A stretch of 63,728 bases of DNA, counting the filler, from Raillietiella orientalis (Eukaryota), in NCBI GenBank assembly GCA_036172245.1. It is 3 parts of 3 records of this genome, joined end to end, with 100 filler letters (N's around TTAATTAATTAA, not from the genome) between each part and the next. Parts side by side here need not be neighbours in the genome. Positions count along the whole stretch, not along the records: positions 24,412 to 48,685 come from JAYWIR010000223.1; 2 more parts are not named here. One strand, given 5' to 3'. The notes below the pieces were generated by a model. The model did not search any database and had not been told where the DNA came from. It was given only the letters and a program-made list of their open reading frames with translations. The number at the start of each line of letters is the position of its first letter. Position 1 is the first letter of the stretch. Positions 38,101 to 48,785 of this stretch are shown one piece after another. Both the position numbers and the translations under genes were made by a program.

Positions 38101-41100
38101 CCATTTGGGAAGTTGCAGAGGGATTCCGTGAAGAGGAACAGGGATTCCAAGGTAAGTTCCATTGCTTTTCTCGTCGTCGGGTCGGACGGATTTGCGATTC
38201 CTAAGGGAGTATCCAATGTGAGTGTCGTGTACTTCCCATTGAGAAAGATGAAATGCAAGGAAGAAGGATCCCTGGAAACTGAAGGAAAAGGGATTTGCAG
38301 ATACAAGAATTTTTTTATTGAATCCTAGGTTGTGCTGCCGAATTCAGGAATCCTCTTCCTTCCATCCCAGACGTGGATATCGGGGACCATTTTGGAAGTT
38401 GCAGAGGGATTCCGTGAAGAGGAACGGGGATTCCAAGGTAAGTTCCATTGCTTTTCTCGTCGTCGGGTCGGACGGATTTGCGATTCCTAAGGGGGTATCT
38501 AATGTGAGTGTCGTGTACTGCCTTGAGAAAGATGAAATGCAAGGAAGAAGGATCCCTGGAAACTGAAGGTAAAGGGATTTGCAGATACAAGAATTTTTTT
38601 ATTGAATCCTAGGTTGTGCTGCCGAATTCAGGAATCCTCTTGCTTCCATCCCAGACGTGGATATCGGGGACCATTTGGGAAGTTGCAGAGGGATTCCGTG
38701 AAGAGGAACAGGGATTCCAAGGTAAGTTCCATTGCTTTTCTCGTCGTCGGGTCGGACGGATTTGCGATTCCTAAGGGAGTATCCAATGTGAGTGTCGTGT
38801 ACTTCCCATTGAGAAAGATGAAATGCAAGGAAGAAGGATCCCTGGAAACTGAAGGTAAAGGGATTTGCAGATACAAGAATTTGTTTATTGAATCCTAGGT
38901 TGTGCTGCCGAATTCAGGAATCCTCTTCCTTCCATCCCAGACGTGGATATCGGGGACCATTTGGGAAGTTGCAGAGGGATTCCGTGAAGAGGAACAGGGA
39001 TTCCAAGGTAAGTTCCATTGCTTTTCTCGTCGTCGGGTCGGACGGATTTGCGATTCCTAAGGGAGTATCCAATGTGAGTGTCGTGTACTTCCCATTGAGA
39101 AAGATGAAATGCAAGGAAGAAGGATCCCTGGAAACTGAAGGAAAAGGGATTTGCAGATACAAGAATTTTTTTATTGAATCCCAGGTTGTGCTGCCGAATT
39201 CAGGAATGCTCTTCCTTCCATCCCAGACGTGGATATCGGGGACCATTTGGGAAGTTGCAGAGGGATTCCGTGAAGAGGAACGGGGATTCCAAGGTAAGTT
39301 CCATTGCTTTTCTCGTCGTCGGGTCGGACGGATTTGCGATTCCTAAGGGGGGATCTAATGTGAGTGTCGTGTACTGCCCGTTGAGAAAGATGAAATGCAA
39401 GGAAGAAGGATCCCTGGAAACTTAAGGAAAAGGGATTTGGAGATACAAAATTTTTTTATTGAATCCTAGGTTGTGCTGCCGAATTCAGGAATCCTCTTCC
39501 TTCCATCCCAGACGTGGATATCGGGGACCATTTGGGAAGTTGCAGAGGGATTCCGTGAAGAGGAACAGGGATTCCAAGGTAAGTTCCATTGCTTTTCTCG
39601 TCGTCGGGTCGGACGGATTTGCGATTCCTAAGGGAGTATCCAATGTGAGTGTCGTGTACTTCCCATTGAGAAAGATGAAATGCAAGGAAGAAGGATCCCT
39701 GGAAACTGAAGGAAAAGGGATTTGGAGATACAAGAATTTTTTTATTGAATCCTAGGTTGTGCTGCCGAATTCAGGAATCCTCTTGCTTCCATCCCAGACG
39801 TGGATATCGGGGACCATTTGGGAAGTTGCAGAAGGATTCCGTGAAGAGGAACGGGGATTCCAAGGTATGTTCCATTGCTTTTCTCGTCGTCGGGTCGGAC
39901 GGATTTGCGATTCCTAAGGGAGTATCCAATGTGAGTGTCGTGTACTTCCCATTGAGAAAGATGAAATGCAAGGAAGAAGGATCCCTGGAAACTGAAGGTA
40001 AAGGGATTTGCAGATACAAGAATTTTTTTATTGAATCCTAGGTTGTGCTGCCGAATTCAGGAATCCTCTTGCTTCCATCCCAGACGTGGATATCGGGGAC
40101 CATTTGGGAAGTTGCAGAGGGATTCCGTGAAGAGGAACAGGGATTCCAAGGTAAGTTCCATTGCTTTTCTCGTCGGTGGATCGGACGGATTTGCGATTCC
40201 TATGGGAGGATCCAATGTGAGTGTCGTGTACTTCCCATTGAGAAAGATGAAATGCAAGGAAGAAGGATCCCTGGAAACTGAAGGTAAAGGGATTTGCAGA
40301 TACAAGAATTTGTTTATTGAATCCTAGGTTGTGCTGTCGAATTCAGGAATCCTCTTCCTTCCATCCCAGACGTGGATATCGGGGACCATTTGGGAAGTTG
40401 CAGAGGGATTCCGTGAAGAGGAACAGGGATTCCAAGGTAAGTTCCATTGCTTTTCTCGTCGTCGGGTCGGACGGATTTGCGATTCCTAAGGGGGGATCTA
40501 ATGTGAGTGTCGTGTACTGCCCGTTGAGAAAGATGAAATGCAAGGAAGAAGGATCCCTGGAAACTGAAGGTAAAGGGATTTGCAGATACAAGAATTTTTT
40601 TATTGAATCCCAGGTTGTGCTGCCGAATTCAGGAATCCTCTTGCTTCCATCCCAGACGTAGATATCGGGGACCATTTGGGAAGTTGCAGAGGGATTCCGT
40701 GAAGAGGAACGAGTATTCCAAGGTAAGTTCCATTGCTTTTCTCGTCGTCGGGTCGGACGGATTTGCGATTCCTAAGGGGGGATCTAATGTGAGTGTCGTG
40801 TACTTCCCATTGAGAAAGATGAAATGCAAGGAAGAAGGATCCCTGGAAACTGAAGGTAAAGGGATTTGCAGATACAAGAATTTTTTTATTGAATCCTAGG
40901 TTGTGCTGCCGAATTCAGGAATCCTCTTCCTTCCATCCCAGACGTGGATATCGGGGACCATTTTGGAAGTTGCAGAGGGATTCCGTGAAGAGGAACGGGG
41001 ATTCCAAGGTAAGTTCCATTGCTTTTCTCGTCGTCGGGTCGGACGGATTTGCGATTCCTAAGGGGGGATCTAATGTGAGTGTCGTGTACTGCCCGTTGAG

Positions 41101-43460
41101 AAAGATGAAATGCAAGGAAGAAGGATCCCTGGAAACTTAAGGAAAAGGGATTTGGAGATACAAAAATTTGTTTATTGAATCCTAGGTTGTACTGCCGAAT
41201 TCAGGAATCCTCTTCCTTCCATCCCAGACGTGGATATCGGGGACCATTTGGGAAGTTGCAGAGGGATTCCGTGAAGAGGAACAGGGATTCCAAGGTAAGT
41301 TCCATTGCTTTTCTCGTCGTCGGGTCGGACGGATTTGCGATTCCTAAGGGAGTATCCAATGTGAGTGTCGTGTACTTCCCATTGAGAAAGATGAAATGCA
41401 AGGAAGAAGGATCCCTGGAAACTGAAGGAAAAGGGATTTGCAGATACAAGAATTTGTTTATTGAATCCTAGGTTGTGCTGCCGAATTCAGGAATCCTCTT
41501 CCTTCCATCCCAGACGTGGATATCGGGGACCATTTGGGAAGTTGCAGAGGGATTCCGTGAAGAGGAACAGGGTTTCCAAGGTAAGTTCCATTGCTTTTCT
41601 CGTCGTCGGGTCGGACGGATTTGCGATTCCTAAGGGAGTATCCAATGTGAGTGTCGTGTACTTCCCATTGAGAAAAATGAAATGCAAGGAAGAAGGATCC
41701 CTGGAAACTGAAGGTAAAGGGATTTGCAGATACAAGAATTTGTTTATTGAATCCTAGGTTGTGCTGCCGAATTCAGGAATCCTCTTCCTTCCATCCCAGA
41801 CGTGGATATCGGGGACCATTTGGGAAGTTGCAGAGGGATTCCGTGAAGAGGAACAGGGATTCCAAGGTAAGTTCCATTGCTTCTATCGTCGGTGGATCGG
41901 ACGGATTTGCGATTCCTATGGGAGGATCCAATGTGAGTGTCGTGTACTGCCCATTGAGAAAGATGAACTTCAAGGACAGAGGATCCCTGGAAACTGAAGG
42001 TAAAGGGATTTGTAGAAAAAAGAATTATGTTATTGAATCCTAGGTCATACTGCGGAATTAAGAGTCCCCATCCACCCATCCTAGACGTGGACATCGGGGA
42101 CCATTAGGGAAGACGCAGAGGTGTTCCGTGAAAAGGAACGGGGATTCCAAGGTAAGTTCAATTGGTTTTCTCGTTGTCGGGTCGAACGGATTTGCGATTC
42201 CTAAGGGGGGATCTAATGTGAGTGTCGTGTACTGTCCATTGAGAAAGACGAACTGCAAGGACAGAGGATCCCGGGAAACTGAAGGTAAAGGGATTTGCAG
42301 ATACAGGAATTACTTTATTCAATCCTAGGTTATGCTGCCGAGTTCAAGAGTCCCTTTCCACCCATCCTACACGTGGACATCGGGGACCATTAGGGAAGAC
42401 GCAGAGGTATTCCGTGAAGAGGAACGGGGATTTCAAGGTAAGTTCCATTGCTTTTCTCGTCGGTGGTTCGGACGGATTTGCGATTCCTAAGGGAGGATCC
42501 AATGTGAGTGTCGTGTACTGCCCATTGAGAAAGATGAACAGCAAGGAAAGAGGATCCCTGGAAACTGAAGGTAAAGGGATTTGCAGATACAAGAATTTCT
42601 TTATTGAATCCCAGGTTATGCTGCCGAATTCAGGAATCCTCTTGCTTCCATCTTAGACGTGGATATCGGGGACCATTTGGGAAGTTGCAGAAGGATTCCG
42701 TGAAGAGGAACGGGGATTCCAAGGTAAGTTCAATTGCTTTTCTCGTTGTCGGGTTGAAAGGATTCTCGATTCCTAAGGGGGGATCTAATGTGAGTGTCGT
42801 GTACTGCCCATTGAGAAAGATGAACTGCAAGAAGAGAGGATCCCTTAGAAAATGAAGGTAAAGGGAGTTGCAAATACAAGAATTTGTTTATTGAATCCCA
42901 GGTTATGCTGCCGAATGCAGGAATCGTCTTTTTCCCATTCCAGACGTTGACATCGGGGACCATTTGGGAAGACGCAGAGTTATTCCGTGAAGAGGAACGC
43001 GGATTCAAGGGGAGTTCAATTGCTTTTCTCGTTGTCGGGTCGATTGGATTTGTGATTCCTAAGGGGGGATCTAATGAGAGTGTCGTGTACTGCCCATTGA
43101 GAAAGATGAACTTCCAGGACTGAGGATCCCAGGAAACTGAAGGTAAAGGGATTTGTAGAAAGAAGTATTATTTTTTTGAATCCAAGGTCATACTGCGGAA
43201 CTGTTATCCCCTTCCACCCATCCTAGACGTGATATCGACCACTTGGGAAGTTGCAGAGGGAGTCCGTGAAGAGGAACAGGGATTCCAAGGTAAGTTAAAT
43301 TGCTTTTCTCGTCGTCGGGTCAGACGGATTTGCGATTCCTAATTGGGGATCAAAAGTGAGTGTCGTGTACTGCCCATTGAGAAATATGAAGTTCAAGGAC
43401 AGAGGATCCCTGGAAACTGAAGGTAAGGGGATTTGTAGAAAAAAGAATTATTTTATTGAA
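35200..43460. repeat. Duplication of a ~2-kb diverged-monomer block at a ~6285-bp offset (about 35200-37180 vs 41485-43460)
   Basis: ORFs pair up as 35462/41747, 35843/42128, 36129/42414, 36319/42604 and 36599/42884, all offset by 6285 bp (~22 monomers). The copies share private variants such as GGATCCCTTAGAAAATG and GAGTTATTCCG. Confidence 0.9.
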
Positions 43461-46400
43461 TCCTAGGTCACACTGCGGAACTCAAGAGTCGCCATCCACC
43501 CATCCTAGACGTAAACATCGGGGACCATTGGATATGACGCAGAGGGATTCCGTGAAGAGGAACAGGGATTCCAAGGTAAGTTCCATTGCTTTTCTCGTCG
43601 TCGGGTCGGACGGATTTGCGATTCCTAAGGAGTATCCAATGAGTGTCGTGTACTTCCTATTGAGAAAGATGAAATGCAAGAAGAAGGATCCCTGGAAACT
43701 GAAGGTAAAGGGATTTGCAGGATATGAATTTTTTATTGAATCGAAAAGTTGTGCTGTTGAATTGTGGAATCCTCCTTGCTTCCATCCCAGACGTGGATAT
43801 CGGGGACCATTTGGGAAGTTGCAGAAGGATTCCGTGAAGAGGAACGGGGATTCCAAGGCAAGTTCCATTGCTTTTCTCGTCGGTGGATCGGATTTGACGG
43901 TGATTCCTATGGGAGGATCCAATGTGAGTGCGTGTACTTCCCATTGAGAAAGATGAAATGCAAGGAAGAAGGATCCCTGGAAACTGAAGGTAAAGGGATT
44001 TGCAGATACAAGAATTTTTTTATTGAATCCTAGGTTGTGCTGCCGAATTCAGGAATCCTCTTGCTTCCATCCCAGACGTGGATATCGGGGACCATTTGGG
44101 AAGTTGCAGAAGGATTCCGTGAAGAGGAACGGGGATTCCAAGGTAAGTTCCATTGCTTTTCTCGTCGTCGGGTCGGACGGATTTGCGATTCCTAAGGGAG
44201 TATCCAATGTGAGTGTCGTGTACTTCCCATTGAGAAAGATGAAATGCAAGGAAGAAGGATCCCTGGAAACTGAAGGTAAAGGGATTTGCAGATACAAGAA
44301 TTTGTTTATTGAATCCTAGGTTGTGTTGCCGAATTCAGGAATTTTCTTCCTTTCATCATAGACGTGGATATCGGGGACCATTTGGGAAGTTGCAGAGGGA
44401 TTCCGTGAAGAGGAACAGGGATTCCAAGGTAAGTTCCATTGCTTTTCTCGTCGTCGGGTCGGACGGATTTGCGATTCCTAAGGGAGTATCCAATGTGAGT
44501 GTCGTGTACTTCCCATTGAGAAAGATGAAATGCAAGGAAGAAGGATCCCTGGAAACTAAAGGTAAAGGGATTTGCAGATACAAGAATTTTTATTGAATCC
44601 CAGGTTGTGCTGCCGAATTCAGGAATCCTCTTCCTTCCATCCCAGACGTGGATATCGGGGACCATTTTGGAAGTTGCAGAGGGATTCCGTGAAGAGGAAC
44701 GGGGATTCCAAGGTAAGTTCCATTGCTTTTCTCGTCGTCGGGTCGGACGGATTTGCGATTCCTAAGGGGGGATCTAATGTGAGTGTCGTGTACTGCCCGT
44801 TGAGAAAGATGAAATGCAAGGAAGAAGGATCCCTGGAAACTTAAGGAAAAGGGATTTGGAGATACAAAAATTTGTTTATTGAATCCTAGGTTGTACTGCC
44901 GAATTCAGGAATCCTCTTCCTTCCATCCCAGACGTGGATATCGGGGACCATTTGGGAAGTTGCAGAGGGATTCCGTGAAGAGGAACAGGGATTCCAAGGT
45001 AAGTTCCATTGCTTTTCTCGTCGTCGGGTCGGACGGATTTGCGATTCCTAAGGGAGTATCCAATGTGAGTGTCGTGTACTTCCCATTGAGAAAGATGAAA
45101 TGCAAGGAAGAAGAACCCCCTGAAACTGAAGGTAAAGGGATTTGCAGATACAAGAATTTGTTTATTGAATCCTAGGTTGTGCTGTCGAATTCAGGAATCC
45201 TCTTCCTTCCATCCCAGACGTGGATATCGGGGACCATTTGGGAAGTTGCAGAGGGATTCCGTGAAGAGGAACAGGGATTCCAAGGTAAGTTCCATTGCTT
45301 TTCTCGTCGTCGGGTCGGACGGATTTGCGATTCCTAAGGGAGTATCCAATGTGAGTGTCGTGTACTTCCCATTGAGAAAGATGAAATGCAAGGAAGAAGG
45401 ATCCCTGGAAACTAAAGGTAAAGGGATTTGCAGATACAAGAATTTTTTTATTGAATCCCAGGTTGTGCTGCCGAATTCAGGAATCCTCTTCCTTCCATCC
45501 CAGACGTGGATATCGGGGACCATTTTGGAAGTTGCAGAGGGATTCCGTGAAGAGGAACGGGGATTCCAAGGTAAGTTCCATTGCTTTTCTCGTCGTCGGG
45601 TCGGACGGATTTGCGATTCCTAAGGGGGGATCTAATGTGAGTGTCGTGTACTGCCCGTTGAGAAAGATGAAATGCAAGGAAGAAGGATCCCTGGAAACTT
45701 AAGGAAAAGGGATTTGGAGATACAAAAATTTGTTTATTGAATCCTAGGTTGTACTGCCGAATTCAGGAATCCTCTTCCTTCCATCCCAGACGTGGATATC
45801 GGGGACCATTTGGGAAGTTGCAGAGGGATTCCGTGAAGAGGAACAGGGATTCCAAGGTAAGTTCCATTGCTTTTCTCGTCGTCGGGTCGGACGGATTTGC
45901 GATTCCTAAGGGAGTATCCAATGTGAGTGTCGTGTACTTCCCATTGAGAAAGATGAAATGCAAGGAAGAAGGATCCCTGGAAACTGAAGGTAAAGGGATT
46001 TGCAGATACAAGAATTTTTTTATTGAATCCTAGGTTGTGCTGCCGAATTCAGGAATCCTCTTGCTTCCATCCCAGACGTGGATATCGGGGACCATTTGGG
46101 AAGTTGCAGAAGGATTCCGTGAAGAGGAACGGGGATTCCAAGGTAAGTTCCATTGCTTTTCTCGTCGTCGGGTCGGACGGATTTCCGATTCCTAAGGGAG
46201 TATCCAATGTGAGTGTCGTGTACTGCCCGTTGAGAAAGATGAAATGCAAGGAAGAAGGATCCCTGGAAACTTAAGGAAAAGGGATTTGCAGATACAAGAA
46301 TTTGTTTATTGAATCCTAGGTTGTGCTGCCGAATTCAGGAATCCTCTTCCTTCCATCCCAGACGTGGATATCGGGGACCATTTGGGAAGTTGCAGAGGGA

Positions 46401-48685
46401 TTCCGTGAAGAGGAACGGGGATTCCAAGGTAAGTTCCATTGCTTTTCTCGTCGTCGGGTCGGACGGATTTGCGATTCCTAAGGGAGTATCCAATGTGAGT
46501 GTCGTGTACTGCCCGTTGAGAAAGATGAAATGCAAGGAAGAAGGATCCCTGGAAACTTAAGGAAAAGGGATTTGCAGATACAAGAATTTTTTTATTGAAT
46601 CCCAGGTTGTGCTGCCGAATTCAGGAATCCTCTTCCTTCCATCCCAGACGTGGATATCGGGGACCATTTGGGAAGTTGCAGAGGGATTCCGTGAAGAGGA
46701 ACGGGGATTCCAAGGTAAGTTCCATTGCTTTTCTCGTCGTCGGGTCGGACGGATTTGCGATTCCTAAGGGAGTATCCAATGTGAGTGTCGTGTACTTCCC
46801 ATTGAGAAAGATGAAATGCAAGGAAGAAGGATCCCTGGAAACTGAAGGTAAAGGGATTTGCAGATACAAGAATTTTTTTATTGAATCCTAGGTTGTGCTG
46901 CCGAATTCAGGAATCCTCTTGCTTCCATCCCAGACGTGGATATCGGGGACCATTTGGGAAGTTGCAGAGGGATTCCGTGAAGAGGAACAGGGATTCCAAG
47001 GTAAGTTCCATTGCTTTTCTCGTCGGTGGATCGGACGGATTTGCGATTCCTATGGGAGGATCCAATGTGAGTGTCGTGTACTTCCCATTGAGAAAGATAA
47101 AATGCAAGGAAGAAGGATCCCTGGAAACTGAAGGTAAAGGGATTTGCAGATACAAGAATTTGTTTATTGAATCCTAGGTTGTGTTGCCGAATTCAGGAAT
47201 CCTCTTCCTTCCATCCCAGACGTGGATATCGGGGACCATTTGGGAAGTTGCAGAGGGATTCCGTGAAGAGGAACAGGGATTCCAAGGTAAGTTCCATTGC
47301 TTTTCTCGTCGTCGGGTCGGACGGATTTGCGATTCCTAAGGGAGTATCCAATGTGAGTGTCGTGTACTTCCCATTGAGAAAGATGAAATGCAAGGAAGAA
47401 GGATCCCTGGAAACTGAAGGTAAAGGGATTTGCAGATACAAGAATTTGTTTATTGAATCCTAGGTTGTGCTGCCGAATTCAGGAATCCTCTTCCTTCCAT
47501 CCCAGACGTGGATATCGGGGACCATTTGGGAAGTTGCAGAGGGATTCCGTGAAGAGGAACAGGGATTCCAAGGTAAGTTCCATTGCTTTTCTCGTCGTCG
47601 GGTCGGACGGATTTGCGATTCCTAAGGGGGGATCTAATGTGAGTGTCGTGTACTGCCCGTTGAGAAAGATGAAATGCAAGGAAGAAGGATCCCTGGAAAC
47701 TGAAGGTAAAGGGGTTTGCAGACACAAGAATTTTTTTATTGAATCCCAGGTTGTGCTGCCGAATTCAGGAATCCTCTTCCTTCCATCCCAGACGTGGATA
47801 TCGGGGACCATTTGGGAAGTTGCAGGGATTCCGTGAAGAGGAACGGGGATTCCAAGGTAAGTTCCATTGCTTTTCTCGTCGTCGGGTCGGACGGATTTGC
47901 GATCTATGGAGTATCCAATGTGAGTGTCGTGTACTTCCCATTTAAATAGATGAAATGCAAGGGAAGATAGCAGTAAGATATAAAAAAGGTAAAGGGATTT
48001 GCAGATACAAGAATTTTTTTATTGAATCCTAGGTTGTGCTGCCGAATTCAGGAATCCTCTTCCTTCCATCCCAGACGTGGATATCGGGGACCATTTGGGA
48101 AGTTGCAGAAGGATTCCGTGAAGAGGAACGGGGATTCCAAGTTAAGTTCCATTGCTTTTCTCGTCGTCGGGTCGGACGGATTTGCGATTCCTAAGGGAGT
48201 ATCCAATGTGAGTGTCGTGTACTTCCCATTGAGAAAGATAAAATGCAAGGAAGAAGGATCCCTGGAAACTGAAGGAAAAGGGATTTGCAGATACAAGAAT
48301 TTTTTTATTGAATCCCAGGTTGTGCTGCCGAATTCAGGAATCCTCTTCCTTCCATCCCAGACGTGGATATCGGGGACCAGGAAGTTGCAGCAGGATTCCG
48401 TGAAGAGGAACGGGATTCCAAGGTAAGTTCATTGCTTTTTTCGTCGTCGGGTCGGACGGATTTGCGATTCGTAAGGGGGGATCTAATGTGAGTGTCGTGT
48501 ACTGCCCATTGAGAAAGATGAAATGCAAGGACAGAGGATACCTGGAAACTGAAGTTAAAGGGATTTGCAGATACAAGAATTTGTTTATTGAATCCTAGGT
48601 TGTGCTGCCGAATTCAGGAATCTTCTTCCTCCCATCCCAGAGGAGGACATCGTGAACCATTTGGGAAGCCGCTGGGGGATCCCGT

Positions 48686-48785
48686 NNNNNNNNNNNNNNN
48701 NNNNNNNNNNNNNNNNNNNNNNNNNNNNNTTAATTAATTAANNNNNNNNNNNNNNNNNNNNNNNNNNNNNNNNNNNNNNNNNNNN
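48686..48785. other. Artificial contig-joining linker N44-TTAATTAATTAA-N44 (100 bp)
   Basis: Same structure as 24312-24411, with TTAATTAATTAA at 48730-48741. Confidence 0.97.

Larger units (their letters stand above)
24412..48685. repeat. Tandem satellite array, 286-bp monomer (~85 copies)
   Basis: Equivalent ORF starts recur at 286-bp steps (e.g. 30322, 30608, 30894). The unit runs TTCCGTGAAGAGGAACGGGGATTCCAAGGTAAGTTCCATTGCTTTTCTCGTCGTCGGGTCGGACGG...GGATCCCTGGAAACTGAAGG...CCTAGG...GAATTCAGGAATCC...GATATCGGGGACCATTTGGGAAGTTGCAGAGGGA. Most monomers carry BamHI, AvrII, EcoRI and EcoRV sites. Confidence 0.98.
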
